Assembly: GCA_963681965.1 (NCBI GenBank)
Contig: OY820579.1
Location: 256,001-320,000 of the forward strand
From: a bacterium
GTDB lineage: Bacteria > Electryoneota > JAOADG01
Length of the DNA: 64,000 nucleotides
Direction of reading: 5' to 3'
Shown: piece after piece, positions 47,726-56,919 of the stretch
Layout: each line of letters opens with the position of its first letter
Numbering within the stretch: position 1 is the stretch's first letter
Translations under genes and position numbers: made by a program
Notes under the pieces: generated by a model
The model's input: the letters and a program-made list of their open reading frames with translations, nothing else
The model's database searches: none
What the model was told of the DNA's origin: nothing

Positions 47726-48991
47726 TCATCCGCTATAGCGCAATGCTTCGATCGGATCGAGTCGCGCAGCTTGTTTGGCAGGAAACATTCCGAAAACGAT
47801 CCCCACCGCGACGGCAACCCCTAGTGAGACGACCACCGACCAAATCGTAATAACCGTAACCCATCCGGCAGTAATAGTCACAATATATGCCAGTGCGATA
47901 CCAAGAATCATTCCGATAAATCCACCACCACCGGAGAGCAATGCCGCTTCGGTCAGAAACTGTCGAGCGATTTCCCATTGCGTTGCACCAACAGCGCGGC
48001 GGATACCGATTTCTTGCGTTCGTTCCAGTACCGACGAAAGCATGATATTCATAATGCCAATACCACCGACCAGCAGAGAAATGCCGGCGATCGCCGCCAT
48101 AATGATTGTGAAGGTTCGTTGGGTACGGCGACTTTGTGCCAACAGCTCTTCCGGGACAATGACTTTGAAATCCGGGGCACCGCGATGACGGCGATCGATA
48201 ATCTGTTTGATCACTTTCGTACCGGGATCGATGTTTTGTTCGGATTCCATCTGCACCAGCAATACTTGAGCAGTATTGCGTTTCGAGCCACTCATCAATA
48301 GTTGAACGGTGGTCTTTAGCGGAACAAATACTTCCTTATCCGGTTCCCAATCGGGCATACCGGGGATTTTCCAACTAGTTCCCATTGGATCGAGCACACC
48401 GACAACGCGGTAGGGATCCTGCCGAATGCGAACATATTTCCCGACAGCAGGTTCGGTCGGAAACAGTTTTTTTGCCGATTCAGCACCGAGCACGACTACT
48501 CGCGCACAACTCTGTTCGTCGATGTCATGGAGAAAGCGACCCAGTCGAATCGTGCGATTGGTGGCATAAAAATACTCCGGTTGCGTTCCGACGACCGACA
48601 ATCCTTGCGCCAGCACACTGCTGCGGACATTTTCAAATTTCCGTACCGATGGCACCACTCGTTCGACACCGGGTGTGATTGCGGCAATCGCGACGCCATC
48701 ATCCTGCGTCAGTCCATCCGGATTGATTTTTTTTGCTTCATCCGCCTTCTCGGCTTCAGCTTGTTGGATAACGTAGATATTGCGCAAACCCAACCGTTCG
48801 ATGGCGGAGATTGCATCGCGTTTCGCACCCTCGGTAATTGCCAGCATTGCAATTACGGCAGCGACTCCGAAGATTACTCCGAGCGAAGTCAAGAGCGTTC
48901 GAAGACGATGCGCGCGAAAACTGCGCAGACTATCTTCGATCGACTGCTTGGTGGTTGCCCACGATTTTTGCAATCGGTTATCGACCACCAC
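47726..48991 (-). CDS. MacB/FtsX-type ABC transporter permease
   Basis: LRTLLTSLGVIFGVAAVIAM, SLLVGGIGIMNIML.SV.ERT.EIGIRRAVGA, PA..AARLDPIEALRY. Confidence 0.95.
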   Translation of the reverse strand: MVVDNRLQKSWATTKQSIEDSLRSFRAHRLRTLLTSLGVIFGVAAVIAMLAITEGAKRDAISAIERLGLRNIYVIQQAEAEKADEAKKINPDGLTQDDGVAIAAITPGVERVVPSVRKFENVRSSVLAQGLSVVGTQPEYFYATNRTIRLGRFLHDIDEQSCARVVVLGAESAKKLFPTEPAVGKYVRIRQDPYRVVGVLDPMGTSWKIPGMPDWEPDKEVFVPLKTTVQLLMSGSKRNTAQVLLVQMESEQNIDPGTKVIKQIIDRRHRGAPDFKVIVPEELLAQSRRTQRTFTIIMAAIAGISLLVGGIGIMNIMLSSVLERTQEIGIRRAVGATQWEIARQFLTEAALLSGGGGFIGMILGIALAYIVTITAGWVTVITIWSVVVSLGVAVAVGIVFGMFPAKQAARLDPIEALRYSG

Positions 48992-50327
48992 GCCGTCCCG
49001 ATCGCTTGGGTTCTGCTTTTTCCGAACTTTGACTGGTCATCTGATCGGTTTGCTGATCGCCTTTTTTGATTTTCTGACTCAACAGTCGAACACGATCACC
49101 CGGTTCCACACCATTCTGGATCACAACAAAATCGTCATTCCGTTTTCCCAGTGTCACTTTTGTTCGGGATGCACCGGTTGCGCCAACACGCCAAACATAC
49201 GAAGCCGAATCGATTTCAACGGCATCGATCGGCGCGAACACCGCATCGGGAATTACATCGGCTTGAATCGTTACCGTGGCAGACATCCCCGGTTTCATCG
49301 TTGCCGACGAGGAATCGATTGCCACAACAATATCGAATACTTTCACTTCAGGATCGGATTCTTTACGACGTGCCAGAACGGAAACATCCTTCACATGACC
49401 CTTGAATGGTGGATCGGGAAAAGCATCGAGGATTACTTTTGCAGGTTGTCCCTTGGCAATTTTCGCGACATCGACTTCGTTGACTTCGATTTTCACTTCC
49501 ATCGAAGAGAGATCGGGAATTTCCAACAATGCCATACCGCGCCACGGTTGATCGCCAACCTGCACCTTGGACATGTTGTTGCCCTTCCAGATCTCCTGAT
49601 AGACAACCAATCCCGGTTGTTTGGCAAGAATTGTCAATTCACCTAGATCGGTTCGCGCTTTGTCCAAGTCGAGTTGGGCTTGTTTGATTTTCAATAACAG
49701 TGTGCGTTCATCTGCGGAATCGGACATTGCTTCGGATCGAATGCGATCTTTCGCCTGTTTAAATGAAATCTCGGCTTGCCGCATCGCTAATTGCTCTTCC
49801 TGCTTCTTAACATCCGCCTCGAATTCCATTTGCGTTAATCGCAATCGTGCCTGCTTGTACTGGGCGTCTGCCGATTCCGAATCGCCAACCGATTTTGCCC
49901 GATTGGCAAGCATTTGCGATTGGCTCTTTTGCAGGTTGGCTATGGCAATTTCCAATTCCGCCTGTTTGTCGTCGATTTTCTTTTGCAGTTCCGTGGGATC
50001 GAATTGAATCAACATATCGCCAACATTTACCGTCTTCCCTTCCGGAACCATGTTGATGATTTGAAGATTCGTTTGCGATTTCGGCGCCACAATCGATGAC
50101 GAATTGACTGCGCGAATCACGCCGCTTTCGACCACTTCGATCCGAAACGCACCCTTCTGAACCACCGCCGTGACGTACTCTTCGCTGGAATGAAAGAGTA
50201 GATAATATCCCAGAAAGCATATAATCAGAGCAACTGGAAACGCTAAATACCATCTTTGGTAAATTAGCTTCTTGAATTGTTTCCAGCGAGTTGCTTCAGT
50301 TGAGTTGTTTGATTGATTTTCACTCAC
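48978..50327 (-). CDS. MacA-like periplasmic adaptor (membrane fusion protein)
   Basis: TM anchor, VPEG..V..GD.L, coiled coil, V.E.D...I..GQ, MKPGMSA; GTG start overlaps pyk stop. Confidence 0.9.
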   Translation of the reverse strand: MSENQSNNSTEATRWKQFKKLIYQRWYLAFPVALIICFLGYYLLFHSSEEYVTAVVQKGAFRIEVVESGVIRAVNSSSIVAPKSQTNLQIINMVPEGKTVNVGDMLIQFDPTELQKKIDDKQAELEIAIANLQKSQSQMLANRAKSVGDSESADAQYKQARLRLTQMEFEADVKKQEEQLAMRQAEISFKQAKDRIRSEAMSDSADERTLLLKIKQAQLDLDKARTDLGELTILAKQPGLVVYQEIWKGNNMSKVQVGDQPWRGMALLEIPDLSSMEVKIEVNEVDVAKIAKGQPAKVILDAFPDPPFKGHVKDVSVLARRKESDPEVKVFDIVVAIDSSSATMKPGMSATVTIQADVIPDAVFAPIDAVEIDSASYVWRVGATGASRTKVTLGKRNDDFVVIQNGVEPGDRVRLLSQKIKKGDQQTDQMTSQSSEKAEPKRSGRRGGR

Positions 50328-51721
50328 AAGTCTCGCACCTGTACGAAGTTTGTTTGTCCTGCCACCATTGGCGGCCACCCGCCAGTAACAACCACGCGAT
50401 CACCGTGGGTCAATCCGAACTTGCCTTTGATTGCCGTTAGCGATGCTTCAATCGGATGATTATCCAATGGGATCTCAACTCCACTTACACCGGAAATGAG
50501 TGCTAATTTGCGTAAGACCGACGGATCAGCCGACGTGGCAATAATTTTAGCCCGGGGACGGAACCGCGCTACGCGTCGTGGTGTCAAGCCACTCGCCGTT
50601 GGCGTCACAATCGCCGAAGCTTGCAGATCCAAGCTCATCCATGCCGAGCCGCGAGCGATTGCCTCTTCCGTCTCACTCTTTCCACCGCGTCGGCGCAACA
50701 TCATCTCGGTATCAATATCGCGTTCCGCTTCGACCACGATTCGCGCCATGGTCTCGATCGTTCGGATGGGGTGTTTCCCCGAAGCCGTTTCTGCCGACAG
50801 CATCACTGCATCGGTATACTGCCAAACGGCATTGGCGACATCGGATGCCTCAGCACGGGTTGGGCGATAGGATTCGATCATCGATTCCAACATCTCCGTT
50901 GCGGTAACGGCGATTTTACCTGCCGCTAGCGACGATGCGAGCGCTTGTCGCTGATAGCGCGGGACATCTTCGAGCGGCAACTCGACCCCTAAGTCGCCAC
51001 GAGCAACCATGATGCCATCGAAACTCTGAATGATTTCCGAAAGATGTTGAATCGCTTCGGGGCGTTCGACTTTCGCCATAATCCACGCGGTACTGTTACG
51101 CTGTTTCAACGCCTCGCGTAACGAGAGTGCTGCATGGGGACTGCGGACAAACGAAAGTGCCACCCAGTCGACATCGGCAGCAGCCGCATCGAGTGCGGCA
51201 AGATCCTGTGGTAATAAATCGGGTAAATCGAAGCGAGTCCCGGGAAGATTGATCCCCTTTCGGGTATAAATCATACCACCGGAAATCACTTTTGCTTTGA
51301 TCGATTTTGCTCCGACTTCGATTGTTTCGACTTGAACCCGACCATCGAACAGAAGAATTGGTTCACCCGGTTTTACTTGACGCACTAGCTCCCAATCGCC
51401 GGCAGGAATGCCACCCGTTTCACCGTCGGGGACGAAAGTAATGATTTCATCATTTTTGAGTTCGAGCCCTTCGGCTGGAAGCGTTCCAACACGCAGCTTC
51501 GGACCGGGGAGATCGAGCAACACAGCAACCTGCTTATCCGCTAATCTTGCCGCTTCACGTAATTTGGGAATCCATTCGCGCAACTGATCCGGTTTACCAT
51601 GCGATGCATTCAAACGAAACGCATTCGCTCCGGCATCCAGCATTGCTTTTAAAGTAGACACTTCGGTACAGGCTGGTCCGACGGTGGCAAGGATTTTGAC
51701 ATGACGGTACTCACGATCCAT
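50324..51721 (-). CDS. pyk: pyruvate kinase
   Basis: KILATVGPA, RLNASHG, DLPGPKLR, KGINLP, AKVE, MVARGDLGVE, ATEMLESM, PTRAEASDVANA. Confidence 0.97.
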   Translation of the reverse strand: MDREYRHVKILATVGPACTEVSTLKAMLDAGANAFRLNASHGKPDQLREWIPKLREAARLADKQVAVLLDLPGPKLRVGTLPAEGLELKNDEIITFVPDGETGGIPAGDWELVRQVKPGEPILLFDGRVQVETIEVGAKSIKAKVISGGMIYTRKGINLPGTRFDLPDLLPQDLAALDAAAADVDWVALSFVRSPHAALSLREALKQRNSTAWIMAKVERPEAIQHLSEIIQSFDGIMVARGDLGVELPLEDVPRYQRQALASSLAAGKIAVTATEMLESMIESYRPTRAEASDVANAVWQYTDAVMLSAETASGKHPIRTIETMARIVVEAERDIDTEMMLRRRGGKSETEEAIARGSAWMSLDLQASAIVTPTASGLTPRRVARFRPRAKIIATSADPSVLRKLALISGVSGVEIPLDNHPIEASLTAIKGKFGLTHGDRVVVTGGWPPMVAGQTNFVQVRDL

Positions 51722-51830
51722 ACACCCTCCCAGGGGATAGGTTGAATTAACTTCATCTAATTGACTGTTTCTTCACTGTACAAATCATGAATTGATGGTG
51801 TAGTCGGTACTGCCAGTACATCTCATCCAA

Positions 51831-52778
51831 CTACGAAGTTAGACTCTTAGCGCTTAAGATTGGTTGCACGATCTGTAGAACCCGTTGCGCGATTTTATTC
51901 GTACTGTCATCGGGAGTGACGTCGACCCAATGCATTCCTTCGGTGTGCCGGAACCAAGTCATCTGGCGCTTTGCATATTGCCGGGTGACAATATTGATGC
52001 GCTCTTCCGTTTCCGCTAACGATAACTCATTCCGAAGATAGGCTGCAATTTCGCGATAGCCGTGAAATTTCTCACGCTCGATTGCGTCACCGTATCCGGC
52101 TTCGAGCAACTGCCGTACTTCATCGATCCACCCTTCGCGCAGCATGATCGCAGTACGTTGTGCAATCCGCCGCACCACATCGCTGCGTTCGCGACGGAGA
52201 CAGACATAAATCGGTTCGAATTCAAACCGATCGGTTCCGTTTTGCCACCAATCAGACAACCGTTTGCCGGATGTATGAAATACTTCCAAGGCGCGCTCGA
52301 TCCGGATATAATCATTCGGTTGAATCTTCTCCGCGATTACCGGATCGACTTGCTGCAACTCGAGATGTAGTGCCGGAACGCCGGATTGTTCAGCTCGATC
52401 GCGCAATTTCTCACGGTATTCCGGATCGATCGGGGGTCCTTGAAAAAGACCATCGAAAATTGCTCGATAGTAGAGACCTGAACCACCCACCAGCACTGTC
52501 GGCTTACCGGATTGCAACAATTCTTTGATTTTGTCGCGTGCCAATTTGGCAAATGTACCGGCAGTCATCGGTTCACGGGCATCGTGAAAATTCGTCAGGT
52601 GATGCGGAACTTGCGCCTGTTCTGCCGCCGTCGGTTGCGCGGTACCGATAATAAAATCGCGATACAATTGCCGCGAGTCGATCGACAGAATTTCCGCGCC
52701 AAGTGCGAGCGCGACGTCGATACCGACGGCGGTTTTACCGCTACCGGTGGAACCGACGATGCAGACAAGTTTCTTCAT
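51831..52778 (-). CDS. miaA: tRNA dimethylallyltransferase
   Basis: GSTGSGKT, DSRQLYR, GGSGLY, RALEV, TRQYAKRQMTWFR; follows mutL. Confidence 0.97.
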   Translation of the reverse strand: MKKLVCIVGSTGSGKTAVGIDVALALGAEILSIDSRQLYRDFIIGTAQPTAAEQAQVPHHLTNFHDAREPMTAGTFAKLARDKIKELLQSGKPTVLVGGSGLYYRAIFDGLFQGPPIDPEYREKLRDRAEQSGVPALHLELQQVDPVIAEKIQPNDYIRIERALEVFHTSGKRLSDWWQNGTDRFEFEPIYVCLRRERSDVVRRIAQRTAIMLREGWIDEVRQLLEAGYGDAIEREKFHGYREIAAYLRNELSLAETEERINIVTRQYAKRQMTWFRHTEGMHWVDVTPDDSTNKIAQRVLQIVQPILSAKSLTS

Positions 52779-54628
52779 CCGCCCGACCTGCCGAACCGGC
52801 GGTCGAGTTCATCGATCGTCAATTGAATTAATACCGGTCGACCGTGCGGACAGGCATAGGGTAAATCGCACCGGAATAATTCTTCCAACAATGCCTGCAT
52901 TTCGTTCAGCGAAAGCGGCATACCCGCCTTCACTGCGGCTTTACAGGCAAACGTGGCTGCGAGGCGGTCCATTTGTTCGGGACGTGCTTCGAAATCGCGA
53001 CGATATTGATCGAGCATCTGCCGGATCAGATTGTCTTCCGGAGCAATATTCTTCAATCCCTGTGGCGAACCATTGAGCATGAGTGTTGTCGAATCTTTGA
53101 CCGAGAGTCGAAAACCGATCCGCTCGAAATTCGGTAATAATTCGCGCGCAATCGCTACATCTTCGGGACTGGCGGCAATTTCAATCGGAAACAGCAGCTC
53201 CTGTACTTTCCAGCCGTCGCGCGCAATCGCTTTGATCGCCTGTTCATATAGAATTCGCTCGTGCGCTACATGCTGATCGATGATCACCAAGCCCGACGGT
53301 ACTTGTACGAGGATATACTTCCCTTGAATCTGCCAGAGACCACCCGCCTCGCCGCGACCAAACCCGGCAGCAAGTTGCTGTAGTTCGGTTTCGTCGGAAG
53401 CACTCGCCAGTTCCCCATCGCCAACCTGTGTTTCCCACGAGCGTTTGGTTTCCAGCATTGAATATTGCGTTACCGGTCGATCGCGATAGCGTTTGGGAAT
53501 ATATCCCTGCGGTTGATCGAAAAATCCACTTTCACGACGTTTCTCGATGCGCTCGGGTCTGAGATCCTGCGGTACGTAGCGATCGGAAACGGGTTTGGTA
53601 CTGACCGGATCGGAATCGAAACGGTGCGGCGGTTCAGTCATACCACCGCTGCGAAGGGCATCGCGGACGGCATCGACGACTATCCGCCGGATTAGCGGCT
53701 CATTGTCGAATTTCACCTCTTCTTTCGAAGGGTGAACATTGACATCGAACGCTTGCGGTGTCAGTTCGACAAAGAGGATGTAAAACGGAAAAGTGCCCGG
53801 TTCGGCGATTTGTCCCAGTCCGGAAATCACGGCATTGGTAATGAGCGGCGAGCGGATCAAGCGATTGTTCAAATAAAGGTGCTGGTCGCCGCGCTGCATG
53901 CGGAGCAGAGAGGCAGTACCGATCATGCCGGTAATGCGAATCCCGCTCTCTTCCCATGCAACTGGTCGCAAATCACCGACGATTTTTTCGCCAAACACCT
54001 GTGCGACCCGCTCTTCAATGGTGCCGGGGGCAAGGTCGTAGAGCACTTCATCGTCGTTGACAAATTTCCACGCGATTTCGGGACGGGACAAAGCAAATCG
54101 TTTGAAGCGTACGTGAATATGTCCGAATTCGGTCGCATTCGATTTTAAGAAACGACGTCGTGCCGGAACATTGTAAAACAGATTCTTGATCTGGAACGTT
54201 GTACCCACTGGAGCGGCAAGCGGCTCGATCCGTACGATCCGACCGGCATCGATTGCCAAGTACCACCCGGAATCCTCGGCGGCGGTACGGGTTTTTACTT
54301 CGACCCGGGCGACCGATGCAATCGACGGCAGCGCCTCGCCGCGAAAACCGAGTGTGATCAGGGTGTCGAGATCTTCGAATTGCTTGATTTTACTCGTCGC
54401 GTGGCGCTCGAACGCGAGCATCAGATCTTCGCGATCCATTCCGAAGCCGTTATCCGTCACTTGAATCAAGTTGCGTCCCGCTCCACGGATCTGAATTTCA
54501 ATCCGTGTAGCTTCGGAATCGATGGCATTCTCCACCAATTCTTTCAATACCGATGCTGGACGCTCGACGACTTCGCCGGCGGCAATTCGATTAGCGACTA
54601 TTTCCGGAAGAACACGAATACGCGACAT
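52775..54628 (-). CDS. mutL: DNA mismatch repair endonuclease MutL
   Basis: IAAGEVVERPAS, GFRGEAL.SI, DVNVHP.K.EV, DQHVAHERILYE, ACK, CPHGRP. Confidence 0.98.
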   Translation of the reverse strand: MSRIRVLPEIVANRIAAGEVVERPASVLKELVENAIDSEATRIEIQIRGAGRNLIQVTDNGFGMDREDLMLAFERHATSKIKQFEDLDTLITLGFRGEALPSIASVARVEVKTRTAAEDSGWYLAIDAGRIVRIEPLAAPVGTTFQIKNLFYNVPARRRFLKSNATEFGHIHVRFKRFALSRPEIAWKFVNDDEVLYDLAPGTIEERVAQVFGEKIVGDLRPVAWEESGIRITGMIGTASLLRMQRGDQHLYLNNRLIRSPLITNAVISGLGQIAEPGTFPFYILFVELTPQAFDVNVHPSKEEVKFDNEPLIRRIVVDAVRDALRSGGMTEPPHRFDSDPVSTKPVSDRYVPQDLRPERIEKRRESGFFDQPQGYIPKRYRDRPVTQYSMLETKRSWETQVGDGELASASDETELQQLAAGFGRGEAGGLWQIQGKYILVQVPSGLVIIDQHVAHERILYEQAIKAIARDGWKVQELLFPIEIAASPEDVAIARELLPNFERIGFRLSVKDSTTLMLNGSPQGLKNIAPEDNLIRQMLDQYRRDFEARPEQMDRLAATFACKAAVKAGMPLSLNEMQALLEELFRCDLPYACPHGRPVLIQLTIDELDRRFGRSGG

Positions 54629-54745
54629 GAAGTACCAATCTTTTCATTCGATAACGGCTTAGATGTTTTGTCAATATACTATTTTTCCCGTCGATTCGGG
54701 ATAAGAACACCCGGTGGACACGCAAATTTCCACCGCCAGAATCCA

Positions 54746-54785
54746 ACGGGGCGATTGATCGGTACAATTCGAACAGTCGCCCCGT
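54746..54785 (-). terminator. hairpin downstream of citF
   Basis: ACGGGGCGATTG...CAGTCGCCCCGT; weak U tail. Confidence 0.5.
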
Positions 54786-54810
54786 ATGATACAACCAGCA
54801 AAATTAACGA

Positions 54811-56397
54811 TCAGTCGCCGCCGCCACCGCTAATGGTGAATTGCGGCAATTGCTTGAGCTTGAAAACAGTGTCGATAATAGTGCCATCGACCCATTTCAC
54901 GACACCGATCGGCTGATCGGTGAAATCCGGTTTCTTGGGTACACCACCGCACATCTTGTCGATTTCCTGTTTGATGTCAGCCAGCGGTCGAATCGGGAGT
55001 CCCGATTTCCGGGTCGCTTCGATCAAATCCTTGCGGAGGGGATTGATTGCGATCCCGCGCTCGGTGACGATTACGTCGATCAATTCGCCCGGTCCGACCA
55101 GCGTGGTCACGCGATCGACAATCACCGGAATGCGGTCGCGCATCGCGGGAATCGGGAGGATTGTACACTTCGAGAAGAGGCAATTCTGCCAGCCGCCAAT
55201 CCCATGCAGCAGCAAACCATCGCTGTGCGAGACGACATTGGCGTTGAAATCGAGATCGACTTCGGTCGCGCCGAGCACTACTGCATCGATCAGCGAGGCG
55301 AAATTCCCTTTGCCATGCCAGTTATAGCTAGTGAAGGGGGAAGTATTGACATGACGCGGATTCTCGCGCATCGACCGAACACCGTCCAAATCGAACGTCT
55401 GACCATCGAGGATATATTCGGTCAACCCCTCTTCCAGCATCTCGACGAGGTACTTGTTCGAACCGCCGCGAACGAAACGCGCCTTCACCCCTTTGCGCTT
55501 CATGATCTCCTTGAGGTAAATCGCGAAGGCGAGGGACGTGCCACCGGCACCGGCTTGGAACGAGAAACCGTCGCGCACGATTCCCGCAGCGTCGCAGAAT
55601 TTCGCCGTCAATTCGGCGATATAGAGCCGGTCGGGCGATTTCGTGAGTTGGGTTGTACCGCTGACAATCTTGGAGGGATCGCCGATCTTGTCGAGGACGA
55701 CGACGCAATCGACATTCTGACCTTGGATTTGCCACGGGATGCAGGGGAATGGCACCAGATTGTCGGTAACGACGATAACGTGATCGGCATATTCGGAGTC
55801 GACGAGTCCAAATCCGAGCAGACCGCATGCGGACGGACCGCGATCGCCGGTGGCATTACCGAGCGAGTCGGCAGTGGGGGCAGCGACGATGGCGATATCG
55901 ATATGTACTTCGCCATCCTGTACCGCCTGCCAGCGTCCACCATGACTGCGGAGCACCGCCATGCCGGGGAGCATCTTCCCTTCACTGACGTAGCGTCCGA
56001 GTGGACCGTTGAGCGACCCTTCGATATGATGGATCATACCCGATTCGAGGTGCTTGATCAGCGGTTCGTGGCACGGGAATGCGGCACTGGGGAACCAGCG
56101 CAACCCTTTCACGCCAAGTTCGGCACACGCTTCAAAGACCCGGTTCATCACCAAGTCGCCGTTGCGGAAATGGTGGTGCGAGGAAATCGTCATACCGTCG
56201 CGCAAGCCGCATTTTTCCAGCGCTTCGCGCAGCGAGCCGACGACTTTATTGCCGTCGAGCGGATATTGGGCACACGACCGGATCGGCGGTGCCGCTTTGT
56301 GTCCGGTCGGGATATACTTTCCGACCCCTTGATACGGGATCGACTCGACCCCATTCACGACTTCCGGAACGGGGCGATTGGCAGCATTTGTTTTCAT
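54811..56397 (-). CDS. citF: citrate lyase alpha subunit (citrate CoA-transferase)
   Basis: GL.DGMTIS.HHHFRNGD, RSHGGR, GFSFQ.G.GG.SLA, D.Q.FD, E.D..FN.NV, VTERGIAINP, DGT.ID.V. Confidence 0.9.
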   Translation of the reverse strand: MKTNAANRPVPEVVNGVESIPYQGVGKYIPTGHKAAPPIRSCAQYPLDGNKVVGSLREALEKCGLRDGMTISSHHHFRNGDLVMNRVFEACAELGVKGLRWFPSAAFPCHEPLIKHLESGMIHHIEGSLNGPLGRYVSEGKMLPGMAVLRSHGGRWQAVQDGEVHIDIAIVAAPTADSLGNATGDRGPSACGLLGFGLVDSEYADHVIVVTDNLVPFPCIPWQIQGQNVDCVVVLDKIGDPSKIVSGTTQLTKSPDRLYIAELTAKFCDAAGIVRDGFSFQAGAGGTSLAFAIYLKEIMKRKGVKARFVRGGSNKYLVEMLEEGLTEYILDGQTFDLDGVRSMRENPRHVNTSPFTSYNWHGKGNFASLIDAVVLGATEVDLDFNANVVSHSDGLLLHGIGGWQNCLFSKCTILPIPAMRDRIPVIVDRVTTLVGPGELIDVIVTERGIAINPLRKDLIEATRKSGLPIRPLADIKQEIDKMCGGVPKKPDFTDQPIGVVKWVDGTIIDTVFKLKQLPQFTISGGGGD

Positions 56398-56555
56398 GGG
56401 TTGTTCACTCGTGTGTGAATTCAGTTGAAACAATAAGGTAATAAGGATTTGAGGCGAATGCATGACATCAGCGAAAAGCGTTATCCGTCGTGGATTTGCG
56501 AAACCAAGCAGGTTTCAGGGTATTCATCCGCAATGGCGACCCACATTCGTCTTGA

Positions 56556-56645
56556 TCTTGTATCTTGATTGGTCGTTGCGAGGAATGAAACGTAGGAACG
56601 TCAGCCGTACGGCTGACTTCCGAAGTGGAATGACGAAGCAATCTC
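56556..56645 (-). repeat. REP-like repeat with nested hairpin
   Basis: Inverted copy of the 33795 and 36153 unit: GAGATTGCTTCGTC...TTCCTCGCAACGAC.AATCAAGA. Confidence 0.75.
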
Positions 56646-56686
56646 CGCCTGAGTCTTGGATCCTTTCTATGAATGCGATACTTCGA

Positions 56687-56911
56687 TTAAAAGACAGCGA
56701 CGGGAATTTGCCGCAATTGGGTCGATTGATCGCGATTCTTGCGGATTTCTTCGATTCGACGCACACTATCGGCAGCGAGTGTCTCGCTCCCGCAGTGGGG
56801 ACATTGCAATACCGGCAGATTTTCAATCAAGAATAACCCCTCCCCCTGTCCGAAAGAACGGGTGATCCGACGTTCAACGAAACCTTCTTTACCGCAGATG
56901 GAGCATTTCAT
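56687..56911 (-). CDS. YgiT-type zinc-finger protein (MqsA-like antitoxin N-domain)
   Basis: MKCSICG...IENLP..QCPHCG.....A......E. Confidence 0.85.
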   Translation of the reverse strand: MKCSICGKEGFVERRITRSFGQGEGLFLIENLPVLQCPHCGSETLAADSVRRIEEIRKNRDQSTQLRQIPVAVF

Positions 56912-56919
56912 GGGCATAT

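Noticed and set aside
54841-56418. 525-aa plus-strand ORF
   Set aside because: Antisense shadow of GC-rich citF; no recognisable motifs
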